The notes under the pieces were generated by a model that did no database searches, had not been told where the DNA came from, and saw nothing but the letters and a program-made list of their open reading frames with translations. A stretch of DNA of 38,471 nt, taken from an uncultured bacterium. GTDB lineage: Bacteria; Patescibacteriota; Minisyncoccia; Phycocordibacterales; UBA6065. This document shows, piece by piece, positions 1 through 8,968 of the stretch. The stretch spans positions 230,003 through 268,473 of the forward strand of contig CAWJEP010000005.1 of NCBI GenBank assembly GCA_963841935.1, written 5' to 3'. The translations under genes were made by a program, and so were the position numbers. Position 1 is the stretch's first letter. Each line of letters opens with the position of its first letter.

Positions 1-525
1 AAGACCTCCGCGGCGTATTTTTTTGGTACCGGGCTCATAAGCGATCCTTCTGCCCAACCTCGGTTCACGTGCCCTATTTTCGTCCCAACCGAATTCCTCA
101 ATCTTTTTTAGCCGGTATCTGAAATGGTCCGTTGCTAATTGTCTATTCACGCACAAACAAGACAACGCGGTCAAGGGATCGTAGGTAATAGCCAGATTGC
201 TCGGATAATGCCACCTCCAAACGTTGGTATTGTAATAGAAAACATCGTTTCTGGGAGGAATAAAATCAAAATGAGACGGATGATACAAAACGTCGTGCTC
301 GCAGAAGAATATGACGTCTGCCGAGCTATTTTCAAGAGCGGTTAAAATTTGTCTAAGCATCGTCGGATAGCTTGGAACCAAATTAAAAACGGTATTGGCC
401 CCGAATTCAATCGGCTTGAGTGAGGTGCTGACGATAGGTAAATTGGCTTTCAATATTTGACTTTGAACGATGGAGTATATCGGTTCTCGGAGCCTATTGT
501 CGGTGTAATATATGATGCCTTTCAT
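1..525 (-). CDS. GT-A-like putative glycosyltransferase, C-terminus cut by the window edge (paralog family A, copy 1)
   Basis: Not in the ORF track because it runs off the window. Hand translation of the minus strand from ATG 525..523 stays open to position 1: MKGIIYYTDNRLREPIYSIVQSQILKANLPIVSTSLKPIEFGANTVFNLVPSYPTMLRQILTALENSSADVIFFCEHDVLYHPSHF... It has an ATGA start/stop overlap with gene 522..1133. The N-terminal layout matches 2614..3264 and 3261..3938. Confidence 0.6.
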   Translation of the reverse strand, partial: MKGIIYYTDNRLREPIYSIVQSQILKANLPIVSTSLKPIEFGANTVFNLVPSYPTMLRQILTALENSSADVIFFCEHDVLYHPSHFDFIPPRNDVFYYNTNVWRWHYPSNLAITYDPLTALSCLCVNRQLATDHFRYRLKKIEEFGWDENRAREPRLGRRIAYEPGTKKIRRGGL

Positions 526-1133
526 GTTTTTATCCACATCCACGACCTATGCTTGTCTCTTGTCTCTCCTTCTTTCGGATATTTTTGTCCGAGTACATAC
601 CAATTTCTTATGCCATAGGCTTGTGTATAGGCGTGAACCACATAGGCAATGTGGTGCGCAGTCATAAGTCCTTTGGCTTTAGTAAAAAAATAATCATGAC
701 CGGAAACCACTCCGCCTTTTCTAACTTTTTTCGACCATTCGCAAATATCCTCGGCTACATATCTGAAATGATGATTGCCGTCAATGTACACGAAGTCGAG
801 CGATTCGTCGGCAATGTTTGCCAAAGCATCCATCGAGGTCTTCCTGATTATCGTGCAGTCTTTATATGGAGTTAAAATCCTTTTGGTATTTTCATAATAA
901 CCATCCATCTGGCTTTGACGATGGGGATAATCGCCGTAGTAGAGCCAAGGGTCTATGGCGTAAAGTTTCAGGCCGGCTTTGCAAAACTTTTCGGAAAATT
1001 CGCCCATGGCGACGCCGATTTCCGCTCCAACCTTAAAACCCATTCCCGTGAAGAATTGGGGTAAGTCGTCTCTAGAACAGTCCGGTATTTCGGCTGGACT
1101 TCCTTGCAGTTTCAATCCGTCGATTATTTTCAT
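522..1133 (-). CDS. Class I SAM-dependent methyltransferase (Methyltransf_24 / O-methyltransferase-like)
   Basis: 203-aa ORF. It has a glycine-rich SAM-binding stretch (GAEIGVAMGEFS) and FVYIDGNH...GGVVSGHDY, typical of this MTase group. It is translationally coupled to both neighbours. Confidence 0.7.
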   Translation of the reverse strand: MKIIDGLKLQGSPAEIPDCSRDDLPQFFTGMGFKVGAEIGVAMGEFSEKFCKAGLKLYAIDPWLYYGDYPHRQSQMDGYYENTKRILTPYKDCTIIRKTSMDALANIADESLDFVYIDGNHHFRYVAEDICEWSKKVRKGGVVSGHDYFFTKAKGLMTAHHIAYVVHAYTQAYGIRNWYVLGQKYPKEGETRDKHRSWMWIKT

Positions 1134-1147
1134 ATATTCTGAATTAT

Positions 1148-1819
1148 TTATAGGGGTATTCTTACGTATTCTTTATCACGTCCGTCTGGTATCCATAATT
1201 CTTCCGGACGATTATCCTCAACACCAAATTTATGGAATAGGTCTTTTCTGACAAAAATCGCATTGAATGACATAGCGCATATCAACTCATATCCTTTAAG
1301 CTTACCGAGCGCGACCATGGTAGATAACGAAGTGCCCCCAAACCCGTCTACGGGCTGGAGATAATCGGCAAACTTAAAAGTCGGATTAAACTCTATCACA
1401 ACAACGCGCGGCGAATAATCTTTTAAAGATTCCCAAATGTAATAATCGTTTCCGTCAATATCGATGGATAAAAACTCAAAATCTTTGGGAAGTGGAGTGT
1501 CTTTGAGTAAATTGTCCAAAGATTTATCTCCCGACGGCTCAATGTGAGCGCAAATACAATGAGCATCACGACGAGCGCGTTTGTGATATCCTTCGAGCTT
1601 CGAAAGCCTTTCTTTGTTTGACTCAATCAAAACTCCAGACCAACCGTTGGATATCAATTCGTAAGTATTGCTCAGATTTTTACCGTAAGCCCCGACGTCA
1701 ACGCACCAACCGCGTTTTATTTCAAGGACTTCAAATATTTTTGCCAAAATTCCATCTTCGCCTCTTTGCGAGTTTATATTCTTCTTGTGTTTTAAGAGCC
1801 ATCTGTTATCCGTGTTCAT
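1148..1819 (-). CDS. FkbM-family-like methyltransferase
   Basis: 223-aa ORF containing SQRGEDGILAKIF...CVDVGAYGKNLSNTYELISNGWSGVLIESN and LSIDIDGNDY. This is the SQxGED / DVGA / SNT pattern I associate with Methyltransf_21 (FkbM) proteins. Confidence 0.55.
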   Translation of the reverse strand: MNTDNRWLLKHKKNINSQRGEDGILAKIFEVLEIKRGWCVDVGAYGKNLSNTYELISNGWSGVLIESNKERLSKLEGYHKRARRDAHCICAHIEPSGDKSLDNLLKDTPLPKDFEFLSIDIDGNDYYIWESLKDYSPRVVVIEFNPTFKFADYLQPVDGFGGTSLSTMVALGKLKGYELICAMSFNAIFVRKDLFHKFGVEDNRPEELWIPDGRDKEYVRIPL

Positions 1820-2617
1820 TTATTTCCCGCTTACGAACCTATAATCCGTCTTTAAAAAACAATTTTTCGCTCTAGAAGCTTTTTCTTTTATGTCTTCCAG
1901 TGATAATTTCTCCCCTTTTAAAAATCTCTCCTCCAATTCTTTGACCGACACGCCGGAAGTTCCGCAAGGAAAATCCGCCTGAACTTGATTGGCTAAATTA
2001 TTTATAATCTTGGCTTTACCGAAACACATCATCAAGGGCCGATTCGGGATATTCGCGTTTAACGCTCCTTCTAGATAATTCGGCGTTTTTATTTCTTTTG
2101 TCGATATTATTACGGGAAGAATATCTTCCCGTCTGAAGATGTGAGAACCTACCGACATCGGATATCCCCAATTGCGAAGGTAGTAATTATATTCTTGACC
2201 GCCGCGCCTGTAAGTCCTCCATTCCCACTTGTTATCTTTTAAAATCGGAAGTCCTTTGTAAAGATAATCCGGCGACATTCTCAAGCTTAAACAAAGAATG
2301 TCGGAATTTATTTTGAATTCACTGAACTCGGAGCAGTTCTCATGGAACGGCTCTATCATTATATCGTCGTCCACCAGAAACATTATGTACTCGCCGCCTT
2401 CGTTTATAATCTCCAACAATTGTTTTTTGAAATCGAGCTCCAAAACAAATCTAACGGACGGATACATTTTGATTAATTTGTCGTATCCGGCTTTAAATTC
2501 ATCGTCATAGCGATAAAGGACGACGGCCGGCATGCTGAGACTTCTCAAAAGCAATTCCAGTTGACAAGCTCTATTTTTACTAAAGATTATTGTGTTTACC
2601 TCTCTAGGCATGTTCAT
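1820..2617 (-). CDS. Putative GT-A fold glycosyltransferase
   Basis: 265-aa ORF. N-terminal IIFSKNRACQLELLLRSL is followed by a DXD-type motif (FLVDDDIMIEPF). It abuts 1148..1819 with no gap and overlaps the next gene by 4 nt. The family assignment is tentative. Confidence 0.45.
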   Translation of the reverse strand: MNMPREVNTIIFSKNRACQLELLLRSLSMPAVVLYRYDDEFKAGYDKLIKMYPSVRFVLELDFKKQLLEIINEGGEYIMFLVDDDIMIEPFHENCSEFSEFKINSDILCLSLRMSPDYLYKGLPILKDNKWEWRTYRRGGQEYNYYLRNWGYPMSVGSHIFRREDILPVIISTKEIKTPNYLEGALNANIPNRPLMMCFGKAKIINNLANQVQADFPCGTSGVSVKELEERFLKGEKLSLEDIKEKASRAKNCFLKTDYRFVSGK

Positions 2618-3264
2618 CTTGAGTATTTGCTATGGATGTCTTTGCCAGATCCCCAATACGGCAACTCGTTAATCGGCGTTCTATCGGAGTGAGTATAGTG
2701 TCTCATGCTTCGACCCGTCTTTATTTGAACTACGGGATTCTCCGACTTCCAGTATTCAATCTTATCAAAAACGTCTTCTTTGCGGTGTCGCTCTTTGGGA
2801 AAATTCTTTTCTTCCACGGACCACATCGGGGCGTCCTTGAATAATTCTTTCAGTTTTTTGATGTAATACTCTCTGCCGACTATTTGAGCGTGGGTCGCGC
2901 CTTCTTCCTTTTTATAGAAATAATCCCTTCTGCGCCCCATGACGTACAAGTTGCTGTCGCGGTAACAAACATCTTTTTTAGGCGGAACAAAAGTAAAATA
3001 GTCCGGCGGATACAGGCAGTCCGCTTCCGCTGAGATGATAAAATCGGTTGTAGCCGCTTCGCATCCTATCAAAACTTGCCTGAACATGTTGAACCCAGAC
3101 GCGCCGACATCGCCCACGACAATGTTTCTTCCAAGCGCGATCGGTTTTTGAGAAATGCTTATGATTGGAAGGTCACCGCAAACCTTGAGAAGATTATCTT
3201 TTATCCTCTCCTCAAATTCCGGAGATTCGCGATTGCTCGTGTAATACAAAATTGTTGCGTTCAT
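2614..3264 (-). CDS. GT-A-like putative glycosyltransferase (paralog family A, copy 2)
   Basis: 216-aa ORF: ILYYTSNRESPEFEERIKDNLLKVCGDLPIISISQKPIALGRNIVV...DFIISAEADCLYPPDYF. It aligns by eye with copies 1 and 3. 4-nt overlaps at both ends. Confidence 0.55.
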   Translation of the reverse strand: MNATILYYTSNRESPEFEERIKDNLLKVCGDLPIISISQKPIALGRNIVVGDVGASGFNMFRQVLIGCEAATTDFIISAEADCLYPPDYFTFVPPKKDVCYRDSNLYVMGRRRDYFYKKEEGATHAQIVGREYYIKKLKELFKDAPMWSVEEKNFPKERHRKEDVFDKIEYWKSENPVVQIKTGRSMRHYTHSDRTPINELPYWGSGKDIHSKYSR

Positions 3265-3938
3265 TTGAAATTTGTCACTAACTTATCGGCCCTGCCCCAA
3301 TGAGGTATATCATAAGACCTAAGTGAGCCGGGTTTTTTGACGTGTTTCCTCTGCCATTCTTCCGAAGCGAAGTCGTGGTTGAAATGGACGACTGAGACAT
3401 CCGTGAAAAAATAATCTATCTTGCGCGGCGATACCCTCAAGTTGCGATCGACCATCGGCTTGCCCAATTCTCCGACTATTTTATCAGGTATCCCGTTCGG
3501 ATATCTTTTGAATCTTTCTTCGAGCGCCTCTATGGCCAACTCTCTGGGCGCGATTAGTGTGGCGTTGCTTATTCTGTCTTTCCATGAATACATCGGCTCT
3601 CCCCAGGTAAATAAAAGCAACCTGTTTTTATTATAAGCAAAAGTGTCTTTCGTCGGTCTGTATTTTTTGAAATGCTCTCTCGGATACAGGGCATCGTCTT
3701 CGGCCACGGCGATGAAATCCGTTTTCGCCAGTTTGGCCGCTCTAAGCATTTGGTAATAGATGTTCGACAAACTTCGCTTTTCCGTGTCTACGAGGTTTAC
3801 TCCGAAATCAATCGGTTTTCTGGAAACGCTTATGAGAGGCGTATCGCCTATGGCCTCAAGCAAAACTTTTCTTTGATACTGCGCGAATTGTTCCGGAATA
3901 AGGCTCGCGGTCAAATAAATTATTGTTATGTCATTCAT
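3261..3938 (-). CDS. GT-A-like putative glycosyltransferase (paralog family A, copy 3)
   Basis: 225-aa ORF: ITIIYLTASLIPEQFAQYQRKVLLEAIGDTPLISVSRKPIDFGVNLV...DFIAVAEDDALYPREHF. Same layout as copies 1 and 2. Confidence 0.55.
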   Translation of the reverse strand: MNDITIIYLTASLIPEQFAQYQRKVLLEAIGDTPLISVSRKPIDFGVNLVDTEKRSLSNIYYQMLRAAKLAKTDFIAVAEDDALYPREHFKKYRPTKDTFAYNKNRLLLFTWGEPMYSWKDRISNATLIAPRELAIEALEERFKRYPNGIPDKIVGELGKPMVDRNLRVSPRKIDYFFTDVSVVHFNHDFASEEWQRKHVKKPGSLRSYDIPHWGRADKLVTNFK

Positions 3939-3975
3939 ATTTTTAAATTTACCATACCTTTACGGACGCGGCACC

Positions 3976-4581
3976 CTATTTAAGAACCCAGTTTTCCCAA
4001 ACAAATTTATATTGGTAGGTCAATTTGTGGGTCTTTTCAAGCTCTGATTGTATTTTCTTCATTCTGTCTTCGGCATTTGGCACAAAATTATGAAATTGTA
4101 CTTGTATGTTCTTTATTTTCTTTACCAGATTCGTCCTGATAAGTTCTTCCAGCAAATCGTATTCCCCGCCTTCTATGTTGATTTTCATCAAATCAATAAA
4201 ATTTATGTTGTTCTGCGAAAAAAAATCGCTAAACTTGACCAATTTTATTTCCGTAGCGTTGCCTTCCTTTTTAAACAAAGAAGATTTATAGCCGTTTGAA
4301 TAAATTTCTTCATTTGAATTTTTGTCTGACAAGCCAAACGAATATACCTGAATTTTTTTGTTGTCAGAAAATCTTTTCCTTATATTTTCCGCGAAACTCG
4401 GTACGGGCTCAAAAACATGGATATTGCAACCATATTTGAGAAAAATATCATATGCCCACTGACCTTCATAACCCCCAAGATCGAAAACGACCGAATCCTT
4501 ATTCAAATCGTAATTTACTCTAAGTGTTTTATCGCCATTGGCCTCAAGATATGCCCTGACTCTCAATTGTTTTTTATTCAT
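3976..4581 (-). CDS. FkbM family methyltransferase
   Basis: 201-aa ORF containing VVFDLGGYEGQWAYDI...HVFEPVPSFAENIRKRF...SFGLSDKN...IDLMKINIEGGEYDLLEELI, the classic Methyltransf_21 pattern. Confidence 0.7.
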   Translation of the reverse strand: MNKKQLRVRAYLEANGDKTLRVNYDLNKDSVVFDLGGYEGQWAYDIFLKYGCNIHVFEPVPSFAENIRKRFSDNKKIQVYSFGLSDKNSNEEIYSNGYKSSLFKKEGNATEIKLVKFSDFFSQNNINFIDLMKINIEGGEYDLLEELIRTNLVKKIKNIQVQFHNFVPNAEDRMKKIQSELEKTHKLTYQYKFVWENWVLK

Positions 4582-5285
4582 TTGATTCCGTGGCGACTGA
4601 ATATTTCCTTAAATCGCTCGGACATTAAAGGCCTGAAAGAATCTATAACCGCTCTCTTGTTCGGATGAAAATGGACGACCTTTAACGGTTTCACGGCTTT
4701 TTCGTAGTTAGATTCGACACGCCTTTGTCCCAAATTATAGGTAATATTCAATCTTTTGCTTCTTTCGTTGACGTTATTTATGTTGCCGCCCGTGAGTCTC
4801 ATCATAACCGTTTCATCCTCGATGTTTTTAAAAATATCGTCCCTCAGAAGTTCAAAAATATCTTTGGCGCTTTCCTTGAAGAAATAACTCCCCATGCACC
4901 ATCTATCCCTCCACCCGTAATCCGTAAGCCCCAAATCAAGCGCCTCGAGTCCCAATTCCGATTCCTCTATGACATTCATTTGAAAAGCGTCGAAATCGTG
5001 ATTCCAATATATTTTTCCTTTTTCTATGATTCCCTTCTCAATCAAATGAGGTACGACGGAAGTTTTGATTGACCTCGGCCTGACGGCGCAAAAATTATCA
5101 ACGGAAACGACTACTGCTTTAACCCCGTTGTATTCGTAGTCAAAACTGGTTACCAAAAGGATGTCCTCTTTCTTCCAGCCCAGACTAAGACTATTATCTA
5201 TCTGGATTTTAGCCAAAACGCTGCACTCCTCGTCAAATTTTTTTGCCGGACTTATATAAACCAAAAGGTTTTTCATATTTGCCAT
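4578..5285 (-). CDS. Hypothetical protein, possible nucleotide-sugar transferase
   Basis: 235-aa ORF with 4-nt and 13-nt overlaps to its neighbours. The only motif I can point to is a DXD-like WNHDFDAF. I recognise no family. Confidence 0.45.
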   Translation of the reverse strand: MANMKNLLVYISPAKKFDEECSVLAKIQIDNSLSLGWKKEDILLVTSFDYEYNGVKAVVVSVDNFCAVRPRSIKTSVVPHLIEKGIIEKGKIYWNHDFDAFQMNVIEESELGLEALDLGLTDYGWRDRWCMGSYFFKESAKDIFELLRDDIFKNIEDETVMMRLTGGNINNVNERSKRLNITYNLGQRRVESNYEKAVKPLKVVHFHPNKRAVIDSFRPLMSERFKEIFSRHGIK

Positions 5286-6172
5286 TCAAATTTATTCAGA
5301 TATTCTTTCAGACACTTTTGCCAATCGTTAACGAGAGACGGGTCCATCGATTTGATTTTGGAGTTGATTAATTTTTCCGATAATGGCCTCGGAGCGAAAT
5401 AATCTTTACGAAAATAGTCCGAACTCACGACTTTGATGCTTATTTTTTTATTCAATCCAAAATTTTCCAGTATAGATTCGGCCACATCGAACCTGGAACA
5501 GCCGCCATTGCAAGCCGCGTTATAAATCCCGTACAGATTATTTTTTAAAAGATAGTGTATTGTCTTGGCGAGGTCATAGGTGTAGGTCGGAGTACCCATC
5601 TTATCTTTAACTACGGAAAGTTCTTTTGCTCCAGAGCGAATTTGTTTGATTATCTTATTTATGAATTTTTTATCCTTGGCCGGACCGCCTCCCATCATCC
5701 AGCCGGCTCTTATCACGATTGAATTTGGAACGGCAAGAGCCGAGAGTTCTCCGGCAAATTTCGACCTCGCATACACACTCAAGGGGTTCGGAACATCGTC
5801 CTCAACGTATTTATCTTTTTTTCCATCAAATATACCAGCCGAAGATATATAGACAAAGGGAATCTTGTTTTTTCGGCAAGCGCATGCCAGGTTGTATGTT
5901 CCAATGAAATTAACGTTGTACGCATGTTCGGGATTCGACTGACAATATTCCATATCTGTAAGAGCCGCGAGATGGATGACCGCGTTCGGTTTTATTTTTT
6001 TAAAATATTTATCTATACCGTCGGAGGACCTCACGTCGAGAAACTCTAGCCAATGCTCGTTTAAATCTATGTCAGTCGCGTAAATCTTATATCTATCTTT
6101 GAGTTCGGCATATACGGCTTCGCCCAACATGCCTCCGCAACCGGTTATTAAAATTTTAGAATTTTTATTCAT
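5273..6172 (-). CDS. NAD(P)-dependent sugar-nucleotide reductase/epimerase, RmlD (dTDP-4-dehydrorhamnose reductase)-like
   Basis: 299-aa ORF. Rossmann motif ILITGCGGMLG, then AVIHLAALTDMEYCQSNPEHAYNVN and the catalytic YARSKFAGE (YxxxK). Length and layout fit the RmlD substrate-binding family. Confidence 0.8.
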   Translation of the reverse strand: MNKNSKILITGCGGMLGEAVYAELKDRYKIYATDIDLNEHWLEFLDVRSSDGIDKYFKKIKPNAVIHLAALTDMEYCQSNPEHAYNVNFIGTYNLACACRKNKIPFVYISSAGIFDGKKDKYVEDDVPNPLSVYARSKFAGELSALAVPNSIVIRAGWMMGGGPAKDKKFINKIIKQIRSGAKELSVVKDKMGTPTYTYDLAKTIHYLLKNNLYGIYNAACNGGCSRFDVAESILENFGLNKKISIKVVSSDYFRKDYFAPRPLSEKLINSKIKSMDPSLVNDWQKCLKEYLNKFEWQI

Positions 6173-6176
6173 ATCT

Positions 6177-6965
6177 TTAAATCCCCCACTTTGGCCGTAT
6201 TTCTTTATTGTAATAGTCTCCCCAAATATCGAGAGAATATTTCCAACCCGGCGTGGCTTCCGCCGTTCCGTAGTTGTGGGTGCGCGGAAAATCTCTGTGT
6301 TTGTGAGCGTGCCAGGTGTTTTTGTTTACCATCAATTTTCCGCCAGCTTTCCAAGTTTTGAAAACCATCTCGTGCGAATCCTGATAAAGCGGTCCGTAAC
6401 CCTCGGTTTGGAGTTCTCCTATGACTTCGTCCCACCACTTGCGAGGCATGAGCCAGCACGAACCTTGCATAGCCATCGTTTCGTCTATCATTATGTCCTT
6501 CCTCTCTTTGGTTCGACTTCTCCATTCCGAGCCGGCGAATTTATGAACGCCGTTTCCGCAGTCTTGGATGGTCAATCTGGCATAATCCACCGGCGGCAAG
6601 TCCATCACTTCCCACTTTACCGGGTCAAGAAAATATCTTCTGGGAGTGACTATCCAGTTTGGCTGGCAAGTTTCGGTCAAGACCCGGTCGTAACCTTTGG
6701 CAAACGAGCAGTGCTCGTCGGTCCGCATGATATATTCGCCGCTAGAGATTAGGACCCCGGCATTTATCGCGCCTCTCATGCCTCTATTCTTGCCTAAATG
6801 AAGAACTCTGACCCTCGGGTCTTGTTTGATTTGAGTCCAATAACCGTCGAGTACGGCAATAATTTCCAATTGGTCGCCTAACTCCGAATTATCCAATAGT
6901 GAATCTATTGTTTTATGGAGTAGCGGGTCTTTCCAACTTGGGATTATTACTGATAGTTTAATCAT
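6177..6965 (-). CDS. Family 2 glycosyltransferase (paralog B1)
   Basis: 262-aa ORF: LSVIIPSWKDPLLHKTIDSLLDNSE...IIAVLDGYW...LGKNRGMRGAINAGV...MRTDEHCSF. This is a GT2 / ppGalNAc-T-like catalytic core. It is a paralog of 6962..7858. Confidence 0.8.
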   Translation of the reverse strand: MIKLSVIIPSWKDPLLHKTIDSLLDNSELGDQLEIIAVLDGYWTQIKQDPRVRVLHLGKNRGMRGAINAGVLISSGEYIMRTDEHCSFAKGYDRVLTETCQPNWIVTPRRYFLDPVKWEVMDLPPVDYARLTIQDCGNGVHKFAGSEWRSRTKERKDIMIDETMAMQGSCWLMPRKWWDEVIGELQTEGYGPLYQDSHEMVFKTWKAGGKLMVNKNTWHAHKHRDFPRTHNYGTAEATPGWKYSLDIWGDYYNKEIRPKWGI

Positions 6966-7858
6966 AATTTATGAGATTCCAGCATTTCTTTCCAATTTTC
7001 CGGCCAGGTGGGCACGGGCCAGAATTTCTCTATGAGCCATGAGAACGGATGTATCATATTCGGTTCTTCGTCATTTATCCAGTGTTTGGCAGACCAAGTA
7101 TGGCTCGCAATAGTATGAGGATTCGTCTTAAAAGACCTGTCATATAATCCCGTCTGATAATGGCCCCTGCGTTTTGAAAGATGAGCGTACCAGGTTTTTT
7201 TAATGATCTTGAGTTCTCCCCCACTCAACCAATACTTCAGACCTATCTCATGCTGTGTCCCCGCGAAAGCGCCGTAAGTTTCTACCCGATTGTCCATAAA
7301 TCCGATATGTTCCATAAAATATTTTCTATTCGCCAGCCAGCAACTTTCTTGAAGAGCCATAAGATCGTCTATGTCGTATTTCGGATCTCGGCGTTGCATG
7401 GTCATGTGGTGCCAATCTATGGCCCACATGCCATAACCGTATTTGGTTTTCTGAGGAAAACTCATGTAAAAATAATCCCGTATGGGTCTTGATTCGTCCC
7501 TTTTCCAATTTGTGTCATCAAGTGAATAGCATCTGGGGACCATAAGCCAATTGGGAGCGCAGTTTTCAATCATAATTCTGTCGAAGCCGGGCCCAACCAT
7601 ACAGTGAGAATCGATTTTCATCACAAAATCTCCTTTGGCCTCTTTTAGACCGTCGTTCACAGCGCCTCTCATTCCGCGATTCTTTTCCGAATGTAAAATC
7701 CTCACTCTGGGATCTTCTTTAATCGGTGTCGTCAGCCAATTTCCGTCTATCATAACAAGAATCTCAATTTCTCCCTCGGAATTTTCCAAAAGAGAATCCA
7801 CGGTCTTTTGAAGCAACGGGTCTTTGTAACTCGGTATTATTATCGACAACATAGACAA
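6962..7858 (-). CDS. Family 2 glycosyltransferase (paralog B2)
   Basis: 298-aa ORF: LSIIIPSYKDPLLQKTVDSLLENSEGEIEILVMIDGNW...SEKNRGMRGAVNDGL...MKIDSHCMV. It aligns along its length with 6177..6965. Confidence 0.8.
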   Translation of the reverse strand: MSMLSIIIPSYKDPLLQKTVDSLLENSEGEIEILVMIDGNWLTTPIKEDPRVRILHSEKNRGMRGAVNDGLKEAKGDFVMKIDSHCMVGPGFDRIMIENCAPNWLMVPRCYSLDDTNWKRDESRPIRDYFYMSFPQKTKYGYGMWAIDWHHMTMQRRDPKYDIDDLMALQESCWLANRKYFMEHIGFMDNRVETYGAFAGTQHEIGLKYWLSGGELKIIKKTWYAHLSKRRGHYQTGLYDRSFKTNPHTIASHTWSAKHWINDEEPNMIHPFSWLIEKFWPVPTWPENWKEMLESHKL

Positions 7859-7859
7859 T

Positions 7860-8459
7860 CTAAATGTGCGTCAAGTATATTGTCGACGGGGTAAAGTAGA
7901 TGCAATTACTACCCAAGGCCCATCCGATAGGTTGGATGACCTGGTCAGTGCCAGAGGGCTGAATCTGGGTAAGTGTACCGGAGCCCGTGGACACGTAAAG
8001 TAAACTGGCATTCCCCGGCCCGATTGTCCAATTCCAAGTGTCGACCCTTAAAACGCCTTGGACAAGAACTCTCACGCTGCCTGTTCCTGTATCGATTGCC
8101 AACGCCACGCAGGGAGAAGTCGCATTTGAACTGGCGTCAGCCGTACTCAGATGTCCGTTCGCGGTCATGAAAAGAGGCGCCCCGATGCCCACGTTATTCG
8201 TATCCACGGTGGCCATTATAATCAATCCGGACGCGGTATTATCGACTGTCGGCGTATTCATGAGTCTTATGCCGGCCACATTATTTATGGGTAATTCGCC
8301 CATATCCATGCGGAAGCGAGAAATTTTGATGGTTCTGGTTCCCACTTTCAGGTCCCCGCACCGAAGACAGGTAAAAAGAGAAGTGGGAACGTATTTTTCC
8401 TTATCAAATCCCAAAAGAGGAATCCATTTATGTCTTTTGCATTCTTTTTTTTCTTTCAT
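7860..8459 (-). CDS. Hypothetical protein: N-terminal Cys/His zinc-ribbon-like motif plus beta-rich Gly/Thr/Ser C-terminal domain
   Basis: 199-aa ORF: ECKRHKW...FTCLRCGD, followed by a low-complexity beta-rich region that ends LLYVSTGSGTLTQIQPSGTDQVIQPIGWALGSNCIYFTPS. Its stop lies 1 nt from the start of the GT2 gene at 7858. Confidence 0.55.
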   Translation of the reverse strand: MKEKKECKRHKWIPLLGFDKEKYVPTSLFTCLRCGDLKVGTRTIKISRFRMDMGELPINNVAGIRLMNTPTVDNTASGLIIMATVDTNNVGIGAPLFMTANGHLSTADASSNATSPCVALAIDTGTGSVRVLVQGVLRVDTWNWTIGPGNASLLYVSTGSGTLTQIQPSGTDQVIQPIGWALGSNCIYFTPSTIYLTHI

Positions 8460-8470
8460 CTGATTTTATT

Positions 8471-8701
8471 TTATCCTTCCTTATCGATATACAGCACTTC
8501 GGCGCCGGAGCTGTCATAAATGGCCAAACTTTTTTCGTCTTCAGAAATTTTGAACGCCGTAGAATCCTTTTTGGTCGATGAGCCGGTTGAGAACTTCGAA
8601 TACAATGGGCCCAGGATCTTTCCTACCATGAAAGACGCTCCCCCAATCAATAATATTTTCACAAATTTCCTTCGGCCTTCATTCAATTCAGACTTCTCCA
8701 T
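8471..8701 (-). CDS. Small protein with twin-arginine (Tat) signal/anchor
   Basis: 76-aa ORF. N-terminus MEKSELNEGRRKFVKILLIGGASFMVGKIL fits the S/T-R-R-x-F-L-K consensus plus an h-region. It lies 11 nt downstream of tatA. Confidence 0.6.
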   Translation of the reverse strand: MEKSELNEGRRKFVKILLIGGASFMVGKILGPLYSKFSTGSSTKKDSTAFKISEDEKSLAIYDSSGAEVLYIDKEG

Positions 8702-8712
8702 TTATTGGAATT

Positions 8713-8898
8713 TTAACGAGACTTTAATTCCTCTTTGGTTTTTTTCACTTCTTTTTCCACCTCTTCTTTACCTTTTTTAAATTCCCCCGTAAATCTGCCC
8801 AACCCCCTTCCGACTTCGGATAATTTGTCTCCACCAAAGAACAGAAGAAAGACCACTATCAGGATAACTGCTATTTCTGGAAGTCCTAGTCCAAACAT
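8713..8898 (-). CDS. tatA: Twin-arginine translocase subunit TatA/E
   Basis: 61-aa ORF MFGLGLPEIAVILIVVFLLFFGGDKLSEVGRGLGRFTGEFKKGKEE. It has a TM helix, an FG hinge and an amphipathic helix, the canonical TatA architecture. Confidence 0.85.
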   Translation of the reverse strand: MFGLGLPEIAVILIVVFLLFFGGDKLSEVGRGLGRFTGEFKKGKEEVEKEVKKTKEELKSR

Positions 8899-8968
8899 AT
8901 CTTTGTATCTGATTTTTATTAATTCGACCTTTACGTTACCATCCCTCCAATATATTTCCTTGTTTTTT

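Noticed and set aside
139-345. 68-aa plus-strand ORF at the left edge
   Set aside because: It lies antisense to an uninterrupted 175-codon minus-strand frame that is paralogous to two downstream genes.
6099-6752. 217-aa plus-strand ORF
   Set aside because: It is antisense to the GT2 gene 6177..6965 and to the 5' end of the RmlD-like gene. The minus-strand frames have strong family motifs and operon-style overlaps.
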